Shown here: positions 1-16,773 of the stretch, piece by piece
Layout of the letters: the number at the start of each line of letters is the position of its first letter
Numbering within the stretch: the stretch's first letter is position 1
Assembly (NCBI RefSeq): GCF_009914755.1
Contig: NC_060930.1
DNA from: the human T2T-CHM13v2.0 reference genome, Homo sapiens
Reading direction: 5' to 3' (one strand)
Length of the DNA: 64,000 nt
The notes under the pieces: model-generated
Database searches by the model: none
Told to the model about the DNA's origin: nothing
The model's input: the letters and a program-made list of their open reading frames with translations, nothing else
Made by a program: the position numbers and the translations under genes

Positions 1-286
1 TATTACAAGAAAATCCTAGTGTAATCCTGGATTCACAGAATGAGTCAGACAGTATTCCCTCTGTTTCTATCCTCTGAAAGAGATTGTAGATAACTGGCAT
101 AATTTTTTCCTTAAATGTTTGGTAAAATTCATAGGTGAACCCATCTGGGCCTAGTGCTTTCTGTTTTGAAAGGCTATTATTGATTCAATTTCTTTAACAG
201 ATATAGACCTATTCAAATTGTCCATTTTTCTCTTGTGTGAGTTTTGGCAGATTGTATCGTTCAAGGAATTGGTCTGTTTCATCTAA

Positions 287-716
<430 letters not shown>

Positions 717-790
717 TTTTCTTGTTTTCTTTCTCACTTTTTTTTTTTAAAGATTTATTGACTTTATTGATCTTTTACAAGAAACATCTT

Positions 791-995
791 GGCCAGGCAT
801 GGTGGCTCACACCTGTAATCCCAGCACTTTGGGAGACTGAGGCAGGTGGATCGCTTGAACCAGGGAGTCAGGTTGCAGTGAGCCGAGATCGTGGCACTGC
901 ACTCCAGCCTGGTGACATAGTGAGACTCCATCTCAAAAATAAAATAAAATAAAATAAAATAAAATAAAATAAAATAAAATAAAATAAAAATAAAA
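791..995 (+). mobile_element. Monomeric/internally deleted Alu with (TAAAA)n tail
   Basis: GGCCAGGCATGGTGGCTCAC start joined directly to the GTTGCAGTGAGCCGAGATC end; about 11 TAAAA units at 936-995. Confidence 0.85.
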
Positions 996-3900
996 CATAA
1001 ACATATTTTGGTTTTGTTGATTTTCTCTATTTCCTATTTTCAATTTCTTTGATTTCTGCTCTAATTTTTTTTTCCCTGCTTACTTTGGATATCATTTGCT
1101 CTTATTTTTCTAGTGTCCTAAGACAGAAAGTTTGATGGTTAATTTTAATCTTCTTTTTAATATATATGCTATAAATGTTTCTGTAAGCACTGCTTTCACT
1201 GCATATCACCATAGATACTTTAGTATCAACCTTATTTTTAAATTATTATTATTTTTAACAGGCAGACAATATATTTATAACTGAGCCGGGGGGGAAAAAA
1301 AGAACATGAAGTTTTTAATAATAGAAACATGGAGAGGCAGAGCAAGATGGCTGAATAGAAGCCTCCACTGATCATCCTCCTTGCAGGAACACCAAATTAA
1401 ACAACTGTCCACACACAAAAAAGCACCTTCAAAAGAACAAAAAATTAGATGAGCATTCACAGTACCTGGTTTAACTTTCTATCACTGAAGCAGGCATTGA
1501 AGAGGGTAGGAAAGACAGTCTTAAATTGCTGACGCCACCCCTCCCCCATTCCCCAGTGGCAGTTGCATGGCATGAAGAGAGAATCCGTGCGTTTGGGAGA
1601 AGGAAAGCACAGTGATTGTGGGATTTTGTATTGGAACTTAGAGCTGCCCTGTCACAGCAGAAAGCAACACTGGGCAGAACTCAAGCAGTGCCCATGGAGG
1701 AGCATTTAGACCAATTTTAACTAGAGGGGAATTGCCCATCCCAGCAGTCAGAACCTGAGTTCTGACAAGCCTCACCAATGTGGGCTAAAGTGCTCTAGGA
1801 TCCTAAATAAACTTGAAAGGCAGTCTAGGCTACAAGGCCTGCAATTCCTAAGCAAGTCCTGGTGCTGTTGTGGGCTGGGAACCATTGGACTTATGGGGTA
1901 CATGGCTTAGTGAGATACTAGCCAGGGCAGCCACGCAAGTGCTTGAGCCATGCCTCCCCAAACCTCAGGCAGCACAGCTCACAGCACTGGGAGAGACTCC
2001 TTCTTTCTGCTTGAGGAAAAAAGAGGGAAGAGTAAAGAGGACTTTGTCTTGCAACTTGAATACCAGCTCAGCCACAGTAGGATAGGGCACTGGGTAGAAT
2101 CCCGAGGCCCCCATTCCAGGCCTTAGCGCTCAGATGACATTTCTAAACATACCCTGGGGCAGAAGGGAATCTGCTGGCTTTAACTTAGTACTGGCAGGAT
2201 TCATCACTTGCTGACTACAGAGCCCTTAGGCCCTCAATAATATAGCCAGGCAGTACTTGCCATGGGCATTGGGTGTGACTCAGAGACATGCTAGCTTCAA
2301 GTGTGACCCAGCAAATTCCTAGCTGGGGTGCTTAAGGGAAGAGGCTCTGTCTGCTTAAGAAAAGAAGAGGGAAGAGTAAAGGAGACCTTGTCTTGCAACC
2401 TAGGTACCAGCTCAGCCACAGTGGGGTAGACCACCAAGTAGGCTCTTGGGCTCCCTGCTTCCAGGCCTTAGTTCTTGAACAGCATTTCTGGACCTGTCTT
2501 GGGCCAGAGGGGAGCCCACTTTCCTGAAGGGATAGTCCCTGGCCTGACAGCATTCACCATAAGCTGACTGAAGAGCATTTGTGTGAACATTGACAGTAGT
2601 CAGGCAAATAACGGCCCTTGGGCAGTGGTGGTCATAGGGAGGGACTTCTCTGCTTGTGGAAAGGGGAGGGAAGAGTGGGAAGGACTTTGTATTGTGGGTT
2701 AGGTGCCAGCTAAGCCAGAGTAGTGGAGGATATGGTAGATTCCTAAAGTTTCTAACTCCAGGCCGTGGCTCCTCAATGGCATCTCTAGATCCTCCCAGCG
2801 CAGAGGGATCTCACTACCCTGAAGGGAAGGAAACAAGCCTAGCTGGTTTTGCCACCCACTAATTGTATAGCTTTAGGGTCTTGAGTGAACACCGGTGGCA
2901 GATGAGAGTGGTTACTGTGGGCCTTGGGCAAGACTCAGTGCTGTGCTGGCTTCAGGTCTGACCCAGCACAGTCCCAGTGGTGGCAGCCACAGGGGTGCTT
3001 TACACCTCTGCCTGAGCTCTGGGCAGCTCAGGACAAAGAAAGAGACTCTGGGAGAAAGGAAGGGAAGAGCACAAAAGTCTATACCTGGTAATCCAGGGAA
3101 TTCTTCTGGATCGTATCAAAGAACAGCAAGGCAGTACCTCTACAAGTGTGCAAGAGCCATAGCTTTACTGAGATTGGGGTGCCCTATAATGCAGATATGA
3201 CTGCAGTGACCAAAAACTTAGATCACAACACCCAAGTAACTTCAAATACCTGGAAAGCCTTCCCAAGAAGGACAGGTACAAACAAGCCCAGACTGTGAAG
3301 ACTAAAATAACTACCTAACTCTTCAATGTCAGACACTGACAAAATCCACAAGCATCAGAAGCATCCAGGAAAACATGATCTCACCAAATTAAGTAAAGCA
3401 ACAGTGACCAATCACAGAGTGACAGAAATATGTGACCTTTGAGACAGGTAATGCAAAATAGCTGTTTTGAGGAAACTCAGTGTAATGCCAACAGAAATTC
3501 CGAAGATAACACAGAGAAGCAACTCAGAATTCTATCAGATAAATTTAACAAATAAACTGAAATAACTAAAAAGAAGCTGAATATCTGGAGTTGAAAATGT
3601 AATTGACATACTGAAGAATGCAACAGAGTCTCCTTACAACAGAAGTGATCAAGCAGAAGAATTAGTGAGGTTGAAGACAGAATATTTGAAAACACACAGT
3701 CAGAGGAGACAAAATAAAAAAGAATAAAAAAGAATGAAGCACACCTACAAGACCTAGAAAATAGCCTCAAAAGGGCAAATCTAAGAGTTATTGGCCTTAA
3801 AGAGGAGGTGGAGAGATAGGGGTAGAAAGTTTACTCAAAGAAATAACAGGGAACTTCCCAAACCTAGAGAAAGAGATCAGTATCCAAACACTAGAAGATT

Positions 3901-4675
3901 ACAGAACATCAAGCAGATTTAACCCAAAGAAGACTACCTCAAGGCATTTAATCAACAAATTCCCCAAGGTCAAGGATAAAGAAAGGATCTTAAAAGCAGC
4001 AAGAAAAAAGAAATGAAGAACATACAATGGAGCTCCAATACATCTGGCAGCAAACTTTTCAATAGAAACCTTATAGGCCAGGAGACAGTGTCATGCCGTA
4101 TTTAAAGTGCTGAAGGAAAGACTTTTATCCTAGAATAGCATATCTGGTGAAAACATCCTTCAAACATGAAGGAGAAATAAAGACTTTCCCAGACAAACAA
4201 AAGCGGAGGGGTTTCAACACCAGACCTGTTCTTCTACAGACCTCTACAAGAAATGCTAAAGGGAGTTCTTCAATCTGAAAGGAAAGGATATTTAATGAGT
4301 AATAAGAAATCATCTGAAGATACAGAATATTATAACACTGTAATTGTCATGTGTAAATAACTCATATCTTAAATAGAAAAGATTAAAAGAATTAAATAGA
4401 AAAGATTAAAAGATTACTGACCAAAAATGATAAATATGACAACTTTTCAAGACATAGTACAATAAGATATAAATAGAAACAACCAAAAATTTAAAAGTGG
4501 GGAGACAAAGTTAAAGTGCAGTCTTTATTAGTTTTCTTTTTGCTTATTAGTTTATGCAATTAGAATTAAGTTATCATCAGTTTAAAATAATGGTTTATAT
4601 TACTTGCAAGTCTCATGGTAACCTCGAATCTAAAATCATACAATGAATGCATAAAAAATATAAAGCAAGAAATTA

Positions 4676-5902
<1,227 letters not shown>

Positions 5903-6917
5903 AAACATATAACCGGAGAAAATCACCTTCACTCAAAGGAAGACAGGAGGGAAGGAAAGAAGGAAGAGAAGACCACAAAACAGCCAGAAAACAAATCACA
6001 AAATGGCAGGAGTAAGTCCTTACTTATCAATAATAACACTGAATGTAAATGAGCTAAACTCTCCAATCAAAAGACACAGAGTGGCCAAATGGATGAAAAA
6101 ACAAGACTCAATATCTACTGCCTACAAGAAACACACTTCCACCTACAAAGACACATGCAGACTAGAAATTAAGGGATAGAAAAAGATATTCCATGCAAAT
6201 GGAAACCTAAAAAGAGCAGGAGCAGCTACTCTTATATCAGACAATATAGATTTCAAGACAAAAACTATAAAAAGAGACAAAGAGGGTCATTACATGATGA
6301 TAAAGGGGTCAATTAAGCAATAATTTTAAATATATATGCACCAAAAACTGGCGCACTCAAATATTTAAAGTAAATATTAGAGAGAAAGAGAGAGATAGAA
6401 CCCAATACAATAATAGCTGGAGATTTCGACACCCCACTTTCAGCATTGGACAGATCATCCAGACAGAAAATCAACACAGAATCATTGGATTTAATCTTCA
6501 CTATAGACCAAATGGACCTAGTAGATATTTACAGGACATCTCATCCAATGGCTGTAGAATGTACATTCTTCTCCTGAACACACAGATCATTCTCAAGCTT
6601 AGATCATGTTAGATCCAAAAACAGGTCTTAAAACATTGAGAAAAAATTGAAATAATATCAAGCGTCTTCTCTGACCATAATGGAATAAAACTAGAAACTA
6701 AAAACAAGAGGAATCTTGGAAACGATACAAACATATGGAATTTAAATAATACACTCCTGAATGAGCAGTAGGCCAAAGAAGAGATTAAAAAGAAAATTGA
6801 AAACTTTCTAGAAACAAATGATAATTGAAATGTAACATACAAAAACCTGTGGGATACGGCGAAAGCAGTATTAAGAGAGAAGTTTATGGCTGTAAGTGCC
6901 TACATTTAAAAAGAAGA

Positions 6918-7541
<624 letters not shown>

Positions 7542-8798
7542 CTATATGCCAATAAATTGGAAAACCTAGAGGAAATGGATAAATTCCTAGACACATACAA
7601 CCTACCAAGATTGAACTATGAAGAAATCCTAAACCTGAACAAACCAATAACAAATAATGAGATCAAAGCTGTAATAAAAGTCTCCCAGCAAAGAAAAGCC
7701 TGGGACCTGATGGCTTCACTGCTGAATTTTACCAAACATTTAAAGAAGAACGAAGACCAATCCTACTCAAACTATTCTGAAAAAATAGAGAAGGAGAGAA
7801 TACTTCAAACTCATTCTATGAGACCAATATTACCCTGATAGCAAAACCAGACAAAGATGCATCAATAAAAGAAAACTACAGGTCAATATCCCTGATGAAC
7901 ATTGATTCAAAAATCCTAAACAAAATACTAGCAAACGAAATTCAATAACATATTAAAAAGATCTTTCATCATAACGAAGTAGGATTTATTCCAGGGATGA
8001 TAGGATGGTTTGACATATGCAAATCAATCAGTGTGATACATTATATCAACAGACTGAAGGACAAAAACCATATGACCATTTCAACTGATGCTGAAAAATC
8101 ATTTGATAAAATTAAACACCCTTAATATAAAAACCCTCAAAAAACTGGGGCTAGAAGGAGCATACCTCAACATAATAAAAGCCATATATGACAGGCCTGC
8201 AGATAATATCATACTGAATGCGGAAGAACTGAGAGACTTTCCTCTAAGATCTGGAGCATGACAAGGATGCCCACTTTCACCACTGTTATTTAACATACTA
8301 CTGGAAGTCCTAGCTAGAGAAATCAGACAAGAGACAGAAATAAAGGGCATCAAAACTGGAAAGGAAGAAGTCAACTTATCCTTGATTGCAAATGATATAA
8401 TCTTACATTTGGAAAAACCTGAAGACTCCACCAAAAAAAAAAAATTAGAACCAATATACAAATTTAGTAAAGTTGCAGGACACAAAAATCAACATACAAA
8501 AATCAGTAGCATATCTATGTGCCAACAGTAAACAAATGGTAAAAAAAAAAAAATTAAGAAAGTAATCCCATTTACAGTAGCTACAAATGAAATTAAATAT
8601 CTACAAATTAACCAAAGATGTGAAAGATCTCTACAATGATAACTATAAAACAATGATTAAAAAAATTGCAGAGGACACAAAAAAATGGAAAAAATATTCC
8701 ATGTTCATGGATTGGAAGAATCAATATTGTTAAAGTGTCCATACTACCCAAAGCAATTTACAGATTCAATGTAATCCCTATCAAAATACCAATGACAT

Positions 8799-8801
<3 letters not shown>

Positions 8802-8829
<28 letters not shown>
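8802..8829. repeat. (CA)n microsatellite
   Basis: About 14 AC units. Confidence 0.95.
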
Positions 8830-8832
<3 letters not shown>

Positions 8833-8920
8833 AAAATTTATATAGAACCACAAAAGACCCAGAACAGCCAAAGCTAATCTTAAGGAAAAAGAACAAAACT
8901 GGAGGAATCACATTAGCTAA

Positions 8921-9238
<318 letters not shown>

Positions 9239-10992
9239 CCTAATTTCAAATTATACTACAGAGCCATAGTAACCAAAACAGCCTGATACTGGCATTAAAG
9301 CAGACACATAGACCCATGGAACAGCAGAGATAACCCAGAAATAAATCCATACATCTACAGTGAACTCACTTTCTACAAAAGTGCCAAAAACATACATTTG
9401 GGTAAGGATGGTCTCTTCAATAAATGGTGCTGATAAAACTGGATATCCGTATGCAAAAGAATGAAGTTAGACCCCTATCTCTTGCCACATACAAAATCAA
9501 ACAAAATTGATTAAATATTTAATTACAAGACCTCAAACTATGAAACTATTAAAATAAAACATGGGGGAAACTCTCCAGGACACTAGATGGGGAACGTTTC
9601 TTGAGTAATATCCCACAAGCACAAACTATCCAAGCAAAAAATGACAGATGGGATCACATCAAGTTAAAAGCTTCTGCACAGCAAAGAAAACAATCAACAA
9701 AGTGAAGAGACAACCCACAGAATGGGAGAAAATATTTGCACACTATCTATCTGACAAGGGATTTATAACCAGAATGCATAAGGAGCTCCAACAACTCTAC
9801 AGGAAAAAATCTAATAATCTGATTTTAAAATGGGCAAAAGATATGAGTAGACACTTATCAAAAACAAGACATACAAATGGAAAACAGGTATATGAAAGGT
9901 GCTCAATATCATTGATCATCAGAGAAATGCAAATCAAAACTACAATGAGATATCATCTCACCCCTGTTAAAACCACTTATATCCAAAAAACAGGCAGTAA
10001 CAAATGCTGCTGAGGATGAGGAGAAAAGGAAACCCTTGCACACTGTTGGTGGGAATGTAAATTAGTATAGCCACCATGGACAACAGTTTGGAGGTTCCTC
10101 AAAAAACTAAAAACAGAACTACCACATCATCCAGCAATTCCACTGCTAGGTATATATTCAAAAGAAAATAAATCAGTATGTAGAAGAGACATCTGAACTC
10201 CCATGTTTATTGCAGCACTATTCACAATAAAGATTTGGAAGCAATCCAAGTATCCATCAGCAGATGAATGGATAAAGAATATGTGGTACATGTACACAAT
10301 GGAGTACTATTCAGTCATAAAAAAGAATGAGATCTTGTCATTTGCAACAATATGAAAAGAACTGGAGGTCATTATGCAACATGAAATAAGCCAGGCAAAG
10401 AAAGACAAGTATCATATACTCTTACTCATTTGTGGGAGCTAAAAATTAAAAAACCTGAACTCATGGAAAGAGAGAGCAGAATGATAGTTACCAGAGGCTG
10501 GGAAGGGTAGTGGGGTGGGAGAAGTGGGAACAGTTAATGGGTACAAAAACATACATAGAATGAATAAGATCTAGTATTTGAAAACACAATGGGGTGACTG
10601 CAGTCAACAGCAATTTATTGTACATTTGAAAATAACTAAGAGTATAATTGGATTGTCTCTAACACAAAGAAAGGATGTGATTGAGGTTATGAAGACATCA
10701 TTTACCCTGATGTGATTACTATGCATTGTGTTTATATCAAACTGTTTCCTGTACCCAATAAATACATATATATACTATGTACCCCCAAAAATTAAAAATT
10801 AAAAAAAAATAGAAATGACCTTGCATGCTTGTTCATTTATAAATAGATGAATGAGTTATCAGTGAAAATACATCATCAGGTCTTTTGCACACTGATTATC
10901 ATAAAACCATAAATATGAAACAATCCAGCATTGAATTTCGTGCTAAGAGAACATCTACCCTCTCACCTCTCATTGTCTGTTGAATGTCTGTT

Positions 10993-12770
10993 TCTTTTTT
11001 TTTTTTAATTTTAACTTTTATTTTTTATTCAGGGGGTACATGTGCAGGTTTGTTACATGGGTATACTGCATGATTCTGAGGTTTGGGGTATGAATGATCC
11101 CATCACCCAGGTAGTGGGCAAAGTATCCAATAGGGAGCTTTTCAACCCTTGCATCCCTCCCTCTTTCCCTGCTTTAGTAGTCCCCGGTGTCTACCGTTCC
11201 AATCTTTATGTCCATGAGTACTCAATGTTTAGCTCCCACTTATAAGTGAGAACATGTGGTATTTGGTTTTCTGTTCCTGCTAATTCACTTAAGATAACAG
11301 CCTCTAGCTGCATCCATGCTGTTGCAATGGACATGATTTTGTTGCTTTTACGGCTGCACAGTATTCCATGGTTTATATGTACCACATTTTCTGTATGAGC
11401 ACCTAGGTTGAGACCACGTCTTTCCTATTGTGAATAGCACTGCAATTAACCTATGCGTGCATGTGTCTTTTTGGTAGAATGGCTTATTTTCCTTTGTTAT
11501 ATAACCAGTAATGGGATTACTGGGGTGAATGGTCATTGTTTTAAGTTCTTTGAGAAATCTCCAAACTGCTTTCCACAATGGCTGAACTAATTTACATTCC
11601 CACCAACAGTATATAAGCATTACCTTCTCTTGACAGCCTCGCCACATCTGTTAGTTAAAAAAATTTATAATAATAGCTATTCTGAGTGGTGTGATATGGT
11701 ATCTCATTGTGGTTTTGATTTGTATTTTTCTGATGACTTAGTGATGTTGAGCATTTTTTCCTATGCTTGTTGGCAGCTTCTATGTGTCTGTTCATATCTT
11801 TTGTTTTTTAATGGGGTTATTTATTTTTTGCTTGTTGAATTGTTTTAGTTCCTTATAGATTCTGGATATTGGATCTTTGTTGGATGCATAGCTTGGGGAA
11901 TATTTTCTTCCATTCTATAAGTTGTTTGTTTACTATGTTGACAGCAGGTTGGTTTTTCTTTTTCTTTTTTTCTGTGCAAAAGCTCTTTAGTTTAATTAGG
12001 TCCCACTTGTCATTTTTTTAAAGATTGTTGTTGCTATTGCTTTTGAGGACTTAGTCATAAATTCTTTCCCAAAGCTGATGTCCAGAATCCAGAATGTTAT
12101 TTCCTAGGTTTTCTTAGAGGACTTTTATAGTTTTAGGTCTTACATTTAAATCTTTAATCCGTGCAGTGGCTCATGCCTGTAATCTCAGGGCTTTGGGAGG
12201 CCAAAATGGGAGGATCACTTGAACTCCGAGTTCAAGACCAGCCTGGGCAACAAAGGAAAACCCCATCTCTACGAAAAAGTACAAAAATTCGCCAGGTGTG
12301 GTGGCATGCACCTGTAGTCCCAGCTTCTCAAAAGGCTAAGGTGGGGGGTTGGCTTGAACCTGGGAGACAGAGGTTGCAGTGAGCTGAGATTGTGCCACTG
12401 CACTCCAGCATGGATGAAAGAGCAAGACCTGTCTCAAAAAGAGAGTGAAATCTTTAATCCATCTTGAGTTAATTTTTGCAGATGGCGAAAGTTAGGGGTC
12501 CAATTTCATTCTTTCTCATCTGGCTAACCAGCTATTCCAGCACCATTTATTGAACAGGGAGTCCTTTCCCTGTTGTTTATTTTTGTCGACTACATCAAAG
12601 TTTTGTAGTGATGGCTGTAGGTGTGCAGCTTTACTTCTGGGTTCTCCATTCTGTTTCATTGGTCTATGTGTCTGTTTTTTGTACTTGTACCATGCTGTTT
12701 TGGTTACTTTAGCCTTATAGTATAGTTTGAAGTTGGGTAATGTGATGCCACCAGCTTTGTTCTTTTTAAC
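10993..12770 (-). mobile_element. 5'-truncated old L1PA (PA15-17-like), antisense
   Basis: Poly-T then GGGGTACATGTGCAGGTTTGTTACATGGG; ORF2 end [26 protein letters not shown]. Confidence 0.85.
12161..12440 (+). mobile_element. AluJ-like, nested in the L1PA
   Basis: Alu body flanked by TSD AAATCTTTAATCC (12148-12160 and 12448-12460). Confidence 0.85.
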
Positions 12771-13392
12771 CTTGTTTTTCATTAGTTGTGTGAAATGCAG
12801 CCCTAGTTATCTTGTGTTCATGTTTCCTATTATTGTCCAAAGAATCCTTGTGATAGTCATACCATTTCCTACATCTCTGTTCAATATGGTTCTGGGAGGC
12901 AATGAGAATTGGCCTGAGCCTCTACCCACTATCAATTCCCTTGACTGGTCAATGTCGCTCATGTTCTTCATTGGAAAACATCACAGCATTCTATTTCTAA
13001 TACTGCTTTCTGGGCTACTGCTTTCACTATCATCATGGTGTTGGCATATTTCTTTATATTTCCAGTCATAGTGTGCTTCTGCTCTCTGTCATATTGCCAC
13101 CACAGTGGAAGACTGAAAAATGATAAGGTGCTCTTTTCTGTGATACCCTTTTGGCCTCCAAATAGAATTCTTCCCACTAATAATAATTCCACACTCTACT
13201 GATTTCTCCCCCTGCCCCCCTCAAAATGAGGGCAGAAACCATATCCATCTTGTTTATTTCCATATCTCTGGCACACTATCTGCCATCTAGTAAGTGTTCA
13301 ATAATATTTGTTCAATCATTTCAAGTCCCTCAAAGATTGGTTAGAGTGTATTTAAATGACAACACTGTATTACCTTTAAAAATATTCTTTCT

Positions 13393-13573
13393 GAGCTGTG
13401 CCAGTGGCTTGCGTCTATAACCCCATCTACTCAGGAGACTGAGGCAGGTGGAATTGCTTAAGCCCAGGAGTTCAAGGTTGCAGTGAGCTATTATTATGCC
13501 AATGCACTCCAGCCTGGACAACAGAGAGAAACCCCTTATGTGGCAAAAATAAATAAATAAAATAAAATAAAAA
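13393..13573 (+). mobile_element. Alu monomer (FRAM/FLAM-like)
   Basis: CCCAGGAGTTCAAGGTTGCAGTGAGCTA with an A-rich tail. Confidence 0.75.
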
Positions 13574-13579
13574 TCCTTC

Positions 13580-14960
13580 TAGTAGGCTTCCTTTCCAGAT
13601 AAGATGGCATAGACTTGTACTTCTTTGTTCCTGCCAAGAACAACTATAAACCCTGGAAATAATGCATGATGCAACCACAGGAGCACTCTGAAGTTAAAAA
13701 GTGGAAGGCAGGCTGGCTAAGAATATGAGAGGTGAGGAGCAGCACAGTGGCCAGGTATCTTATGATCCTCTCCACTCAGCAGCAGAAGACAGCCCAGTCC
13801 CTGTTTTTCATGAATTCTAATCTAGTAGCAGAAGATGGCCCAAGTAGGGTTATTCCTCCCCTGGATTTAATAGGACTTCCATTGACAAGAGGGATAGAGT
13901 AGAAGCTCTTTTGACAAGTCACCCTGGGAAACTACTTTTTCTTCCAGGGGGCTGGACACTTCCTTCTCCCATGTACAGGCACAGGTGGCCTGGACTGGGG
14001 AAGTGCCTTTTGTCCCCACATGAGGTAACTGCAGGGATCAGTGGGAACCCTGGTGTCATCAGAGGAACTAAGCAGATCAAAATAGCACAGCAAAGGCCCT
14101 GAAAACAAAATTAAATTGTCATTGGAACCGCAGTCTACAATTAGACCAGGACCTGCAAGCTAAACATATGCAGAGTGACTGCTTGCTAAAATAGAAGATT
14201 TAAATAGGACCCAAAATTTCCTAACACAATAGCCCAAATGTCCAGGATACAATAGAAAGTCGCCTATCATACTAGCAGCCAGGACAGTCATAACTTAGAT
14301 GAGACAAGACAATTACATTACACCAACACTGAAACGTATCAGATGTTTGAATTATCTGACGTGGATTTTAGAGCAGCCATTATAAAAATGCATCAACAAG
14401 CAATTATGATTTCACTTGAAATGAGTAAAAGTATAGAAAATCTCAGCAAAGAATAGAAGTTAAAAAATCAAATGGAAAATAGAAAACTGAAAAATACAAT
14501 AACCAAAATTAAAAACCCACTGGAGGTGGGGTGCAGTGGGTCTTTGGGAGGCTGAGGTGGTTTGATCGCTTGAGCTCAGGTGCTCGAGACCAGTCTGGGA
14601 AACATAGTGAAACCCTGTTTCTACGAAAATTAGCTGGGTGTGGTGGCACATGCCACCAACTACTGGGGGCCAGTGGCAGCGGGTTGAGGGGGGTGGTGGT
14701 TAAGGCAGGAGAATTGGTTGAGCCCAGCAGGTCGAGCCTGCAGTGAGATGTGACTGTACTGTGTCACTGCACTCCAGCCTAGGTGACAGAGCAAGACCTT
14801 GTCTCAAACAACACAACACAACACAACACAACACAACACAACACAACACAACAGTAGATCAGCTCATAGAATCTCCAGTCAAGAATGGAGATGACAAGAT
14901 AAAAGCAGTGAACTCGAGGACAGATAAGTATTATTTACCCCATCTGAACAACTGAAAAAA
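13580..14960 (+). mobile_element. Old L1M 5'UTR/ORF1 remnant interrupted by an AluJ
   Basis: ORF1-like text GAAAATCTCAGCAAAGAATAGAAG...AATGGAAAATAGAAAACTGAAAAATACAATAACC. Confidence 0.55.
14530..14852 (+). mobile_element. AluJ with (CAACA)n tail (14807-14852)
   Basis: Degenerate Alu dimer with a pentanucleotide-repeat tail. Confidence 0.85.
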
Positions 14961-15255
14961 ATCTTTTCTCTGTTGACCAGTAAGAATCTTTTATTATATG
15001 GTAAATTGTTTCCTTTCCTGATATATTAACCCCCAGCCCCATCCTGCATAGAAGCTGGGTGGATTTTGTCTCCCCTCTTTGTCCCAGTTTCAACATCACA
15101 GGGACCTAACTGTCAGTCCCAAAGCTTTCTCCAAGGGATCCTGGGACTCTAAGCAAAAAGGAAGTTTTGTAACCTGCTTTTGAGCTTTGAATTGGGTATA
15201 TTAATAACCAATGCCACGCTCTCCATCCTTCCATCTCCCATCCATCAGATATTTC

Positions 15256-15540
15256 TTTTTTTTTTTTTTGAGATGGAGTCTCACTCTGTCACCCAGGTTG
15301 GAGTGCAGTGGCACCATCTTCGGCTCAGTGCAACCTCTGCCTCCCGGGTTCAAGTGATTCTCCTGACTCAGCCTCCTGAATAGCTGGGACTACAGGCATG
15401 TGCCACCACACCTGGCTAATTTTTGTATTTTTAGTAGAGACCATGTTGGCCAGGATGGTCTCGATCTCCTGACCTCGTGATCTGCCTGCCTTGGCCTCCC
15501 AAAGTGCTGGGATTACAGGCGTGAGCCATTGCACCCGGCC
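15256..15540 (-). mobile_element. AluS
   Basis: Antisense dimer; flanking repeat CCATCAGATATTTCTT / CCATCAGGTATTTCTT (TSD). Confidence 0.9.
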
Positions 15541-16565
15541 CCCATCAGGTATTTCTTATGGTTTCTCATATAAGACAACGTTGAGCTGTCCTGTCAGGAC
15601 TCAGAAGCATAGCTTCCTAGCTAGAATCTGTTTATGACAATCCTTTGAGCTCTATAAGTTAGCTCTGTTGAGAAGTAAATGTTTAAATCTAAATATGTAA
15701 CCCTTTATTAAAATAATGCTATAAATTAGTTATTCATTATACAAAAAGTGTTATAAAAGAAACATATCTTTTAGGTACAAATCACATTCCTGTCAGAATA
15801 AATCTTAACATTTATTAACAACTCTTTCATCTTTGGTTTTCTTTGCTACCTTTAAGAAAACTAGAAATCTTCCACTTTTGATATTTTAGACCTATTCATA
15901 ATTATGTTTGCTGCCTCAATTTGTACATTCTACTCTGGGAATAGTTTTGACACCTAAAACCTTACTTTAGCTGTTTCAGCTGCTTTGCAACTTTAGGTTT
16001 TCAGAACTTAAACCAGAAGTCTGTTGTTAACTAATTAGCTCTGGCTGATTACTTGCATATTCTAATTGCCCTAGCTATCTATGCCCGAATCCACCATAAT
16101 CTCTAGGACCTGAATTCTTGGCATGCCCCTCACTTGGCAGATTTGATTTCCCTCTGTTCTTAAGCCTGGCTGCTAAAGCCTCTCCCTCCTGTCTCTCTCT
16201 TCAAACCAAGAGAAAAATAGAGGAAAACATGGATTCCAACATAAAGTATGATTCTTGCCACTTCCTTCCCCTAAACACATAAGTTCATTATGAGTATTCA
16301 CACCCAAAAAATTCAAAAACTAGTTAACACTATTCTAGGCAAGGTGCTAGTCTATTGAGAAAATGGCCTTAACAGCAACTTCACTTAGGCATTTCCCCAA
16401 GTCTTTCTTCCTGCCTGACCTATGGGTTTTGTGTTCACAATGTTTTATATGTTTTCCCCTGAGTTTACATTCTAACTTAAGGATCTGCTTCCTGCACATT
16501 CATGAGCAAACTGCTTAATACCCACACTCTACCCAAGTCTCAGTTTCTCCATCTATAAAATAAGA

Positions 16566-16773
16566 TATTTTTTTTAGCAAGACAGGGTCCTGCGCTGTCG
16601 CCCAGGCTGGAGTGCAGGGGTGTGATAATGGCTCACTGCTGCCTTGACCTCCTGGGCTCAAGCAATCCTCCCACCTCAGCCTCCTGAGTAGCTGGCACTA
16701 CAGGGGAGTGCCACCACGCCTGTTAATCTTTAAATTTTTTGTAGAGATGGTGTCTCATCATGTTATCCAGGCT
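16566..16773 (-). mobile_element. Partial AluJ inserted in a MIR
   Basis: MIR core CTCAGTTTCTCCATCTATAAAAT before it and AATAATTATATTAATACCTAC after it. Confidence 0.75.

Noticed and set aside
3933-3940. let-7 seed match CTACCTCA
   Set aside because: Lies in intergenic L1 DNA, not in an mRNA; the known let-7 sites are in the 3'UTR outside the window
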